From Candidatus Defluviibacillus avedoerensis (GTDB lineage Bacteria; Pseudomonadota; Gammaproteobacteria; Burkholderiales; Burkholderiaceae_C): a stretch of 64,000 nucleotides of DNA. The stretch is from NCBI GenBank assembly GCA_016703665.1, contig JADJBS010000006.1, forward strand, positions 247,033-311,032, given 5' to 3'. Numbering within the stretch: position 1 is the first letter of the stretch; each line of letters begins with the position of its first letter. The notes beneath the pieces are model-generated. The model did not search any database. It worked only from the letters and a program-made list of their open reading frames with translations, and was not told the origin of the DNA. A program made the translations under genes and the position numbers. This document shows, one piece after another, positions 9,524-18,584 of the stretch.

Positions 9524-10705
9524 TCAAACGCCTTGTGCTTTCGCTGCTTTGGTTGCCTTGGCCGCCGCAATGGCCGCCAGGTTGTGCGGGTCCAGCTCAG
9601 GCGGCACCACCGGAACCGGTTGCGCATCTGGCATGCTGGCCTCCCCACGCATCGCGGCCTTGATTCGGTACACATATGCCAGCACCTGCGCCACAGCGCC
9701 AAACAGGGCAGAAGGTATTTCGCGGTTCAGCTCGGCATGGGCAAACAGGGCACGTGCCAGCACGGGGGATTCAAGCACCGGCACTTGGTGGTTTTTCGCG
9801 ATCTCGCGAATCTTGAACGCCAGCAGGTCTGACCCCTTCGAGATGACTTGCGGCGCATCCATCGTGGCCTCATCATATTTGAGCGCCACAGCGTAGTGCG
9901 TGGGGTTCATCAGCACAAAGTCTGCCTTTGGAACATCAGCCACGCTATTGCGCTGCGCAATCTCGCGCGCCTTGGCACGTTGGCGGGCGCGGATTTGCGG
10001 GTTGCCGTTCGATTCCTTGTTCTCTTGCTTGACCTCTTCAAACGACATCTTCAAGCGAGATTTGTGCATGAAGATCTGCAGAGGCACGTCGATTCCCGCC
10101 ACCACAGCCACAATCAGCAGCATCATCGCCACCCCGTGGGTCAGCCAGTCGGCCAGGGCACGCAAGGCAGACTGCGACGGCTGCAACGCCAGCATGGCGA
10201 TGTCCTGCATGCTGTTGAGCATGAACGTGCCCGACACCGTCAGCACCACGCTTCCAATGATCACCAGCTTGACGATCTCGGCCACATGCTCTTTGGAGAA
10301 CAGCCGACCAATGCCCGCAAAAGGGTTGATGCGGTTGAAATCCGGCATGATGGGCTTGGACGCCATCACCCAGCCCCCCACGGCCAGCGCGCTCATCACC
10401 GCAGCGCCCAGCACCACCGCCGAAAACGCCACCGCGCACAGCATGCCCACCATGGACACATCCTCCAGGCGCTGCAGCAGCACATGGGGTGTTTGCAAAG
10501 TCTCTGCGTTGAAGCGCAGCTGCTGGCCCATCGCCAACTTCAGGCGCTCTGCCAGCCAGGGCATCATCAGCAACAAGGCCACCGACCCCACCCCCAGCAC
10601 GGCCAAGTGCCCCATGTCTTTGGAGCGCGCCACCTGGCCATCGTCATGGGCTTGTTTAAGCTTTCGCTCGGTCGCGGGTAAGTTGCGGTCTTGACTGGAG
10701 TCCAT
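9524..10705 (-). CDS. flhB: Flagellar type III export switch protein FlhB
   Basis: 'ATERKLKQAHDDGQVARSKD' N-terminus and the 'NPTHYAVAL' autocleavage motif. Confidence 0.95.
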   Translation of the reverse strand: MDSSQDRNLPATERKLKQAHDDGQVARSKDMGHLAVLGVGSVALLLMMPWLAERLKLAMGQQLRFNAETLQTPHVLLQRLEDVSMVGMLCAVAFSAVVLGAAVMSALAVGGWVMASKPIMPDFNRINPFAGIGRLFSKEHVAEIVKLVIIGSVVLTVSGTFMLNSMQDIAMLALQPSQSALRALADWLTHGVAMMLLIVAVVAGIDVPLQIFMHKSRLKMSFEEVKQENKESNGNPQIRARQRAKAREIAQRNSVADVPKADFVLMNPTHYAVALKYDEATMDAPQVISKGSDLLAFKIREIAKNHQVPVLESPVLARALFAHAELNREIPSALFGAVAQVLAYVYRIKAAMRGEASMPDAQPVPVVPPELDPHNLAAIAAAKATKAAKAQGV

Positions 10706-11028
10706 GAGGCGGTGCGAGGTGGATTGCAGCCATTGTCGCGAGCACCTTGGCGCCCGAAAGCCCGAATAGGCGGTGATCCCACCAGCTTTTCAGATCTGCC
10801 ACACAGTGAAGCAGCTCAAAAGACCGCAAAAGCGGTACGCCAGCAAGGATGCATTGGTAAACTGTTTTGCTGTTGTCCTGCTTACATTTTGGGCAAAACA
10901 TGGCTGTCGAAGTAAGCAGCCACACGCAGCGTTGCTCACCTTATCACTGTGGTCAAGTCTGCCGTCACCAAGGATGCTGCCACTGGCGGTGCCGATAAGG
11001 TAATGTGCCAAGTTCTGAAAGACATTTG

Positions 11029-14000
11029 ATGATCAAGAAGATACTGATAGCGAACAGAGGCGAGATCGCCATTCGACTTGTCAGGGCTGCGCACGACCAG
11101 GAGATTGCCTGTGTCGCGGTGTACGCGCAAGACGATGCAGATGCCCTGCATGTGAGGGCAGCAGACGAGGCCGTTGCCTTGAATGCGACGGGGTCGGCCG
11201 CGTACCTGGACGCCGAAAACTTGGTGACCATTGCGCGACGAACCGGCTGCGACGCAGTGCATCCAGGTTACGGGTTCCTGAGTGAGCGGGCCGACTTTGC
11301 GATGACCTGTGCATCGGCCGATCTGTGCTTTATCGGCCCAACGCCTGCCCACCTGGCCTTGTTTGGCGACAAGGCCAGTGCGCGCAAGTTGGCCCTGTCG
11401 CAGCATGTGCCCTTGATGCCTGGTCTCGATCACGCCGTGAGTTTGGCACAGGCGCAAGTTTTTTTTGCCTCTCAACAAACTGGCGCGCAAACTACGCCCA
11501 TCGTCATCAAGGCCGTGGGCGGTGGCGGTGGACGCGGCATTCGCGTGGTTAACACAGCAGCAGAGTTGCCCGAAGCCTATGTACGCTGTGTGTCTGAAGC
11601 ACGCGCCGCGTTTGGCGTGGACAGCGTGTATGTTGAACGCCTGATGCAGCATGCCCGGCATATCGAGGTGCAGGTGATTGGCGACGGTCACAGCGTGATG
11701 GCCCTGGGTGAGCGCGAATGCAGTGTCCAGCGGCGCTTTCAAAAACTGGTTGAGATCGCGCCCAGTCCCAGTTTAAGCCCGGCACTGCGGGAACAAATCA
11801 CTTCGGCGGCACTGCGCATGGCCCGCGCCTGCCAATACCGGAGCCTGGGCACGTTTGAGTTCTTGACAGATGAGAGTTCGCCCGATCTGCCGTTTGTGTT
11901 CATCGAAGCCAATGCACGGCTTCAGGTAGAACACACCATCACCGAAGCTGTGACCGGACTGGATTTGGTCCAGTTGCAAATAGGTATCGCTGGTGGCAAG
12001 AGCCTGCAACGCCTGGGTCTGGACCCATCAAATCCACCTCCGTCGAAGGGCTTCGCTGTGCAGTGGCGCATCAATGCCGAAACATTGGACGCGCAAGGCC
12101 AGGCACGTCCCTCTGGCGGCACGCTGACCCAGTTTGATCTGGCGCAGGGGCTAGGCATACGGGTGGACACCCACGGCTTTGGCGGCTGCACCCCGTCGCC
12201 CCATTACGACTCACTACTGGCCAAGTTGATCGTGCACAGCACAGGCAGCTTTGCTCAAGCGGCGAGGCGCTCCCGCCGTGCGCTCGCCGAATGCGTGATT
12301 GCGGGCGTGGACACCAACCTGGCTTTGCTGCAAGCCATCGCGACACGGCCAGAATGGGACAGCCAACAGGTACACACCCGTTTTGTCGAGCAGCATTTGC
12401 CTGACTTGCTGACATCAGCAATGAAGTTTGCTTCTTTTTCGATAGCTAACAATGAATATGAGGTAAGCCAAAATAGCCTTTTTGATTCAAATAATATCGA
12501 TCCGAGCAATCAGCAACCCGCCGTGCGCGCGCCCATGCCTGCCAAGGTCGTGCAGCTGGATGTCGCGGTGGGCGCGCTGATCGCGGCAGGCCAGCAGATT
12601 GCCGTGCTGGAAGCCATGAAGATGGAGCATCTGGTCACAGCCCAAACCGCCGGGCAGGTGCTGGAAGTCTGCGCCGTGGCCGGTGCCTATGTGTCGCAAG
12701 GCCAGGCGCTGGTGTTGCTGGAGCCAGTGGACGCCGACGCCGTGGCGCCGGTAACGCAGGCGGCGGTGGACCCTGAGCACATCCGCCCCGACTTGCAGCG
12801 CGTGATTGACCGCCACGCCTTCACCTTGGACGCCAATCGCCAGACGGCTGTTGCCAAGCGCCATGCCCAAGGCGGCAGCACCGCACGCGAGAACATTGCG
12901 GCGCTGTGCGATTTGACCGATGCGGCAAGTACCGTGCAAGACGCACAAGGCACGCAGCAAGGCGGCAGCTTTATCGAATACGGCGCACTGGCCGTTGCAG
13001 CGCAAGCCACGCGGCGCAGCATGGCAGACTTGATCGCCAACACGCCTGCGGACGGCATGGTCACTGGCATTGGCACCGTCAACGCCAAGCAGTTTGGGCC
13101 GGAACAGTCTCGCTGTGTGATCATGGCTTACGACTACATGGTGCTGGCGGGCACGCAAGGCTGGCGCAACCACCACAAGAAGGACCGCATGCTGGCGCTG
13201 GCCCACAAACTGAAGCTACCTGTCGTGCTGTTTGCCGAGGGCGGTGGCGGCCGCCCGGGCGACGTGGACATGCCCGTGGTGGCAGGTCTGAACAACCACA
13301 CTTTCAGCCAGTTCGCAGCGCTGTCGGGCAAGGTGCCGGTGGTGGGGATCGTGCATGGGCGCTGCTTTGCGGGCAATGCTGCGCTGCTGGGTTGTGCAGA
13401 TGTGATCATCGCAACGAAAGCCAGCAACATCGGCATGGGTGGCCCTGCCATGATCGAAGGCGGGGGCTTGGGGCAATTCAAGCCCGAAGAGATCGGCCCC
13501 AGCGGGGTGCAAAGCCGCAACGGCGTGATCGATGTGCTGGTGGACGACGAAGTGCAGGCCGTGCAGGTGGCCAAACAGTACCTGTCCTACTTTCAAGGGG
13601 ATTTGCCACGAGGTGATGCGCCAGACCAGCGCCTGCTGCGTCAGGCTATTCCTGAAAACCGTTTGCGCGTGTACGACATCCGTGCCGTGATGCGCGGACT
13701 GGTGGATACCGACTCTTTGCTGGAACTGCGCGCGGGTTACGGCACCGGTATTTTGACGGCGCTGGCCCGCATCGACGGCAAAGCCGTGGGCGTCATCGCC
13801 AACAACCCGCAGCACCTGGGCGGCGCGATTGATGGCGACGCGGCAGACAAGTCATCGCGTTTCATGCAGCTGTGCAACGCGCACGGCCTGCCGATTGTGT
13901 CGCTGGTGGACACGCCTGGCTTCATGGTGGGACCGGACATCGAGGCCCAGGCCCAGGTGCGCCACTGCTGCCGAATGTTCGTGGTGGAGTCGCACCTGCG

Positions 14001-14379
14001 CGTACCCTTCTTTGCGGTGGTTTTGCGCAAGGGCTACGGCTTGGGTGCGCAGGCGATGACGGCGGGCGGCTTTGATGCGCCGGTGTTCACTGTGGCTTGG
14101 CCGACCGGCGAATTCGGAGCGATGGGGCTCGAGGGCGCAGTGCGCCTGGGTTTTCGCAAGGAACTCGAGGCCGTGCCCGAAGGCGCCGGGCGTGACGCTC
14201 TGTTCAAGAAGCTGGTGGAACAGCAATACGCCAACGGTGAAGCCATGAACATGGCGGCCACGCTGGAAATTGACGCCGTCATTGACCCGGCCGAAACCCG
14301 CAACTGGCTAATCAACGGCCTGGCGGCTGCCAGCCTTGATGCGCTGGACGGTGTGCCCCCCATGGTGGACGCCTGGTAA
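11029..14379 (+). CDS. Single-chain multidomain biotin-dependent acyl-CoA carboxylase (BC-BT-BCCP-CT, LCC-type)
   Basis: BC domain: 'KILIANRGEIAIR', 'KAVGGGGGRGIRVV', 'FIEANARLQVEHTITE'. BCCP domain: 'VLEAMKMEH' (Lys codon 12619-12621). CT domain: 'VVLFAEGGGGRPGD', 'LVDTPGFMVGPDIE'. ATG 11029 gives the 'MIKKILIANRG' N-terminus; the longest ORF starts at GTG 11005. Confidence 0.85.
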   Translation: MIKKILIANRGEIAIRLVRAAHDQEIACVAVYAQDDADALHVRAADEAVALNATGSAAYLDAENLVTIARRTGCDAVHPGYGFLSERADFAMTCASADLCFIGPTPAHLALFGDKASARKLALSQHVPLMPGLDHAVSLAQAQVFFASQQTGAQTTPIVIKAVGGGGGRGIRVVNTAAELPEAYVRCVSEARAAFGVDSVYVERLMQHARHIEVQVIGDGHSVMALGERECSVQRRFQKLVEIAPSPSLSPALREQITSAALRMARACQYRSLGTFEFLTDESSPDLPFVFIEANARLQVEHTITEAVTGLDLVQLQIGIAGGKSLQRLGLDPSNPPPSKGFAVQWRINAETLDAQGQARPSGGTLTQFDLAQGLGIRVDTHGFGGCTPSPHYDSLLAKLIVHSTGSFAQAARRSRRALAECVIAGVDTNLALLQAIATRPEWDSQQVHTRFVEQHLPDLLTSAMKFASFSIANNEYEVSQNSLFDSNNIDPSNQQPAVRAPMPAKVVQLDVAVGALIAAGQQIAVLEAMKMEHLVTAQTAGQVLEVCAVAGAYVSQGQALVLLEPVDADAVAPVTQAAVDPEHIRPDLQRVIDRHAFTLDANRQTAVAKRHAQGGSTARENIAALCDLTDAASTVQDAQGTQQGGSFIEYGALAVAAQATRRSMADLIANTPADGMVTGIGTVNAKQFGPEQSRCVIMAYDYMVLAGTQGWRNHHKKDRMLALAHKLKLPVVLFAEGGGGRPGDVDMPVVAGLNNHTFSQFAALSGKVPVVGIVHGRCFAGNAALLGCADVIIATKASNIGMGGPAMIEGGGLGQFKPEEIGPSGVQSRNGVIDVLVDDEVQAVQVAKQYLSYFQGDLPRGDAPDQRLLRQAIPENRLRVYDIRAVMRGLVDTDSLLELRAGYGTGILTALARIDGKAVGVIANNPQHLGGAIDGDAADKSSRFMQLCNAHGLPIVSLVDTPGFMVGPDIEAQAQVRHCCRMFVVESHLRVPFFAVVLRKGYGLGAQAMTAGGFDAPVFTVAWPTGEFGAMGLEGAVRLGFRKELEAVPEGAGRDALFKKLVEQQYANGEAMNMAATLEIDAVIDPAETRNWLINGLAAASLDALDGVPPMVDAW

Positions 14380-14384
14380 CAAAA

Positions 14385-14413
14385 GGGCCGCTCTCCCGCA
14401 GGAAGAGCGGCCC
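14385..14413. terminator. Hairpin terminator between convergent genes
   Basis: GGGCCGCTCT-N9-AGAGCGGCCC, a 10-bp perfect stem flanked by AAAA (5') and a weak T tract (3'). Confidence 0.6.
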
Positions 14414-14440
14414 TTCGCAAACAGATTCAACCTGCGTTCG

Positions 14441-16435
14441 TCAGAAGTGAATGCCTCGCATCATTTCTGACATGGCAATCGCTTCAGGCGACAAGGTGGC
14501 CTTGGCGCCCTTTTCGCCCTTGGCGGCCGCACTGTCGGGGAACATGCGGAAAGTGGTGTTCATCAGAATCTGGGTGATTTGCGGTGCGATGCCGTGCAGC
14601 AAACCGACCGAGATGCCCAGACGCGTGGCCACCTGGACGGGCTTTTCAACCACGGCTTTGACGATCAGGTCTGAGGCTTCATCGGTGCTCAGAAGCGGCA
14701 TGCTGTCGTAAATCTTGGTGGGCGCGGTCATGGGGGTCCGCACGAGTGGCATGTTGACGGTGGTAAAGGTAACGCCCTGGTCGGCAAACTCACTGGCAGC
14801 GCAGCGAGTCCATGCGTCCAGCGCGCCTTTGGATGCCACATAGGCCGAGAAGCGGGGCGCGTTGACCAGCACGCTGATGGAGCTGATGTTGACCACATGC
14901 CCCTTCTTTTTTGCGACCATGCCGGGCAGCAGCCCCATGGTGATGCGCAGGGAGCCAAAGTAATTGAGCTGCATGGTGCGCTCAAAATCATGGAAACGGT
15001 CGTAGCTGGCCTCAATAGCGCGGCGGATGGAACGGCCAGCGTTGTTGATGAGGATGTCCACCCCGCCGTGTTCAGTTTCCAGCTTGGCCACCAGTTCTTT
15101 GCAGCTTTGCTCGTTGGCAATGTCGGCGGAGTAGGTGATGACAGTGGCGTCCTTGCCGGCTTCGGCCAGAATTTCTTTCTTGGCTTCAGCCAGCTTGTCT
15201 GCATCTCGTGCGCAGATGATGGTGATAGCGCCTGCCTTGGCAAACTTAGCGGCGGCGGCCAGACCTATGCCTGATGAGCCACCCGTCACCAGCACCACCT
15301 TGCCACCAACGCTGCCGCGCAGTGAGCGGTCAATGGACAAGGCGGGGTCCAGGTGGCGCTCCCAGTAATCCCAGAGGCGCCAAGCGTAATCATGCAGGTT
15401 GGGGCATTCAATGCCAGACCCTTTGAGTGCGGCAGTGGTTTCGCGGCAGTCATAACGGGTGGGGAAGTTGATGAAGGTGAGCATGTCGTCCGGCACGCCC
15501 AAATCCTTCATGATGGCTGATCGCACCCGGCGCACGGGCGCCAGGGCCATCAGGCCTTTTTTGACCGACTTGGGGATGAAGCCCAGCAGCGCGGCGTTGA
15601 TGAACAGGTTCATCTTGGGGGCATGTGCGGCCTTGCTGAGAATGTCCAACACGTCGCCTACGCGGTAGCCTTGCGGGTCCACCAAGTGGAAGCATTTGCC
15701 GCTGGTGCGGTGGTGGTGGCTGATGTGGTCAAGCGCGTTAACCACAAAGTCTACCGGGACGATGTTGATGCGGCCACCTTCCAGTCCTACGCTGGGCATC
15801 CAGGGCGGCAGGATCTGGCGCATGCGCTGGATGAGCTTGAAGAAGTAGTATGGGCCGTCGATCTTGTCCATCTCGCCGGTTTTGGAGTCACCCACCACCA
15901 TGGCGGGGCGGTACACCGTCCAGGGCAGCTTGCCCTCTTTGCGCACGAGTTTTTCGCTTTCGTGCTTGGTCATGAAGTAAGGGTGTTCGGTGTTTTCGGC
16001 TTCCTCGAACATGTCTTCACGGAACACGCCTTCGTACAAGCCTGCAGCTGCAATGGAGGACACATGGTGGAAGTGTCCGGCGTCGATGGCCTTGGCAAAA
16101 TCGATCGTGTTGCGGGTGCCGTCGATGTTCACGGCCACCTGGCTTTCGGCGTCAGCGCCCAGGTCATAGACGGCGGCCAGATGGTAGAAGTGATCGACTT
16201 GTCCCTTCAACTGCTTGATGGCATCTGCTGCAACACCTAATTTTTTACTGGTGAGATCGCCAAAAACAGGCTTCGCACGCGCGGCACTGACGCCCCAGAA
16301 CTCGCGCAGCCCGGGGACCTTGTCTTCGCTTTCCTTGCGGATCAGGAAGTGCACAACGGCACCTTTACGCTCCAGCAATTTCTTGACGAGACGTTTGCCA
16401 ATGAAGCCGGTCGCGCCGGTAACAAAATACTGCAT
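14441..16435 (-). CDS. Two-domain fatty acyl-CoA/fatty aldehyde reductase (NAD_binding_4-type N-half plus SDR C-half)
   Basis: 'FVTGATGFIGKRL' Rossmann motif at the N-terminus. The second half is a classical SDR ('VVLVTGGSSGIGLAAA', 'YVASKGAL'). GGAGG sits 5 nt upstream of ATG 16435. The architecture recalls the ~660-aa Marinobacter reductase class. Confidence 0.75.
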   Translation of the reverse strand: MQYFVTGATGFIGKRLVKKLLERKGAVVHFLIRKESEDKVPGLREFWGVSAARAKPVFGDLTSKKLGVAADAIKQLKGQVDHFYHLAAVYDLGADAESQVAVNIDGTRNTIDFAKAIDAGHFHHVSSIAAAGLYEGVFREDMFEEAENTEHPYFMTKHESEKLVRKEGKLPWTVYRPAMVVGDSKTGEMDKIDGPYYFFKLIQRMRQILPPWMPSVGLEGGRINIVPVDFVVNALDHISHHHRTSGKCFHLVDPQGYRVGDVLDILSKAAHAPKMNLFINAALLGFIPKSVKKGLMALAPVRRVRSAIMKDLGVPDDMLTFINFPTRYDCRETTAALKGSGIECPNLHDYAWRLWDYWERHLDPALSIDRSLRGSVGGKVVLVTGGSSGIGLAAAAKFAKAGAITIICARDADKLAEAKKEILAEAGKDATVITYSADIANEQSCKELVAKLETEHGGVDILINNAGRSIRRAIEASYDRFHDFERTMQLNYFGSLRITMGLLPGMVAKKKGHVVNISSISVLVNAPRFSAYVASKGALDAWTRCAASEFADQGVTFTTVNMPLVRTPMTAPTKIYDSMPLLSTDEASDLIVKAVVEKPVQVATRLGISVGLLHGIAPQITQILMNTTFRMFPDSAAAKGEKGAKATLSPEAIAMSEMMRGIHF

Positions 16436-16619
16436 GAAAGCCTCCAAAATGAGCCTGCATTGTGCCCAAAGGACTGCTGTACGGATTCAGCACAAACCCG
16501 CGCAGCCGCCTTGCGGCAATTAGAAGCTTTTGCCTAAACGCCGAGCTTTGCAACGCTTACAGTTGGCTTATCGCTCTGCAACAGCCTGCGGGGCACCTGT
16601 TAACGTACTGGAGGCCTAC

Positions 16620-17222
16620 ATGGTCAAGAAGCTGCAAAAAACCGCATCCAAGAAACAATCTGCTCTGCCATTGGCTGGCTCTGTCAAGGAATCTGCCCAG
16701 CAAATCTGGCTGGCTGGTCTCGGCGCATTTGCCAAGGCCCAAAGCGAAAGTGGCAAGGCATTTGAAACCTTGGTGAAGGAAGGCTTGGCCATCCAGCGCA
16801 AGACGCAAGCCGTTGCCGAGGAAAAAATCAGCGAAGCTACGAGCAAGATGGCTGACATGGCGTCCGGCCTGTCTTCCAAAGCAACGGGCATCACCTCCAT
16901 GGCAACTGGCCAGTGGGATAAGTTGGAGAATATTTTCGAACTGCGCGTGGCCAAAGCGCTGAGCAAACTGGGTGTGCCGTCTTCCAAAGAAGTCGCCGAC
17001 TTGGTGGCGCGCATTGACGAGCTTAACAAGAGCGTGCAAAAGCTCAGCAAGGCTGCAGCTGCCAAGCCCACCACCAAAGTGGAGAAGCCCGCAGCAGAAA
17101 AGCCCGAAGCCAAACCGAAAGCCGCAGTGAAGGCCCCTGCCAAAGCAGCAAACGGGGCGGCCAAACCCGCCGCCAAGCGCGCGGTTGCACGCAAGACGGC
17201 AGAGGTTGCCGCCACCGTTTGA
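16620..17222 (+). CDS. PhaF/PhaI-type phasin with a histone-H1-like Ala/Lys/Pro tail
   Basis: ATG 16620 after GGAGG (16610-16614). 'IWLAGLGAFAKAQSESGKAFETLVKEG' phasin-like N-domain. C-terminal tail 'AAKPTTKVEKPAAEKPEAKPKAAVKAPAKAANGAAKPAAKRA'. Confidence 0.75.
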   Translation: MVKKLQKTASKKQSALPLAGSVKESAQQIWLAGLGAFAKAQSESGKAFETLVKEGLAIQRKTQAVAEEKISEATSKMADMASGLSSKATGITSMATGQWDKLENIFELRVAKALSKLGVPSSKEVADLVARIDELNKSVQKLSKAAAAKPTTKVEKPAAEKPEAKPKAAVKAPAKAANGAAKPAAKRAVARKTAEVAATV

Positions 17223-17244
17223 TGCTGGCTCATGCGAAATCAGC

Positions 17245-17269
17245 AAAGGGCGCCTCGGCGCCCTTTTTC
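17245..17269 (+). terminator. Rho-independent terminator after the phasin gene
   Basis: AAAGGGCGCC-TC-GGCGCCCTTTTT. Confidence 0.7.
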
Positions 17270-17315
17270 ATGCCCATCATGCTGCGATGCAGCATTATCC
17301 TGAACTGAAAAGACG

Positions 17316-18578
17316 ATGATCATGCGCAAATCCAAGCCAGCCTCCTCGCACCGAATTGCTTTGGCCCTGGCGGGCGGTGGCCCCATGGGTGCCATCTATG
17401 AAATTGGCGCACTTTGCGCGCTCGAAGACGCACTGACCGGTATCAATTTCACTCAGCTGAACCATTACGTGGGTGTCTCGGCCGGTGGCTTCATTGCCGC
17501 GTCCATGGCGAACGGCCTGACGCCGCGCAAGCTTTGCGGCTCTTTCATTGAGAACAACAGCCCAGCCAGCGATGTATTTGACCCTGCGTGGTTGATGATG
17601 CCTGCGTACGATGAATTCGCGCGGCGCGCCATCATGCTGCCGGGGTTGATGATGGCGGCTTTTTGGGAACTCGCGGTCAAGCGAAAATCCATCACCCATG
17701 CGCTCGAACGCTTCAGCCCAGGGCTGCCTACGGGGATTTTCTCAAACGAAGAAATCCACAGGCGCTTGAGCGCCCAGTTTTCGCTTCCTGGTCGTACCAA
17801 TGACTTCCGTCAACTCAAGACCAAGCTGACGCTGGTGGCGACCCACCTGGACAGCGGCGAGTCTGCTCCCTTTGGTCAGCCTGGCTGGGATCACGTCCCC
17901 ATTTCGCGTGCCGTGCAGGCAAGTTCGGCTTTGCCGGGGTTGTTCCCACCGGTTGAGATTGATGATAAATACTATGTCGATGGCGCACTCAAGAAAACCA
18001 TGCATGCATCGGTTGCGCTGGACGACGGCATGGATCTGGTGATCTGCCTTAACCCGATCGTGCCGTTTGACGCCAGCATTGATGACAGCCGTGTTCAGTC
18101 TCGCCGAATCCCCAAGATCATCGATGGGGGCCTGCCCTCTGTGTTGAGCCAGACCTTTCGGTCCATGATCCATTCGCGCATGGAGCTGGGCATGAAACAC
18201 TATGAAAAGGCCTATCCTCACACTGACATCGTTTTGATCGAGCCTGATCGCCGTGACGCAGAACTCTATTTGGCCAATACCTTTAGCTATTCAAATCGCC
18301 GCCATCTGGCAGAGCATGCATATCAACAGACCATGAGCTTGCTGCGCTCTGGTACCCTCACTGAAAAGCTGGCGCGACATGGCGTACACCTGCGTGCTGG
18401 CGTGCTGGCCGACCACAAAAGAGTGCTGCTGGACCAGGCTGCGTACACGCCCCGCACCCGCCTTGGGCGCGCCGTCCATGAACTCCACGCTGTGCTGGAC
18501 GATCTGCAGGCATGCTCGCCATCCCTGATCCCTGCTGGCTTGGGGCTGGGTTACAGTCAAGCCAACATGACTAGGTAA
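17316..18578 (+). CDS. Patatin-like phospholipase/lipase
   Basis: 'LALAGGGPMGAIYEIGAL' oxyanion loop, 'GVSAGG' GxSxG serine and 'VDGAL' Asp motif. Confidence 0.85.
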   Translation: MIMRKSKPASSHRIALALAGGGPMGAIYEIGALCALEDALTGINFTQLNHYVGVSAGGFIAASMANGLTPRKLCGSFIENNSPASDVFDPAWLMMPAYDEFARRAIMLPGLMMAAFWELAVKRKSITHALERFSPGLPTGIFSNEEIHRRLSAQFSLPGRTNDFRQLKTKLTLVATHLDSGESAPFGQPGWDHVPISRAVQASSALPGLFPPVEIDDKYYVDGALKKTMHASVALDDGMDLVICLNPIVPFDASIDDSRVQSRRIPKIIDGGLPSVLSQTFRSMIHSRMELGMKHYEKAYPHTDIVLIEPDRRDAELYLANTFSYSNRRHLAEHAYQQTMSLLRSGTLTEKLARHGVHLRAGVLADHKRVLLDQAAYTPRTRLGRAVHELHAVLDDLQACSPSLIPAGLGLGYSQANMTR

Positions 18579-18584
18579 TACATC

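Noticed and set aside
10656-10925. An 89-aa minus-strand ORF with a 'CPKCKQ' zinc-ribbon-like start in the flhB upstream region.
   Set aside because: It overlaps the flhB start, has only one CxxC pair, no ribosome-binding site and no recognisable fold. It most likely lies within the flhB promoter/leader region.
10968-10998. A perfect sigma-28 -10 box GCCGATAA (10991-10998) about 30 nt upstream of the carboxylase start, next to the flagellar cluster.
   Set aside because: There is no TAAA-type -35 element at the required 11-nt (hexamer-to-octamer) spacing. The nearest CCAAG (10968-10972) is about 4 nt too far away. A flagellar sigma factor driving an acyl-CoA carboxylase also has no supporting logic. 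It is probably a chance 8-mer, though 5'-end mapping would settle the question.
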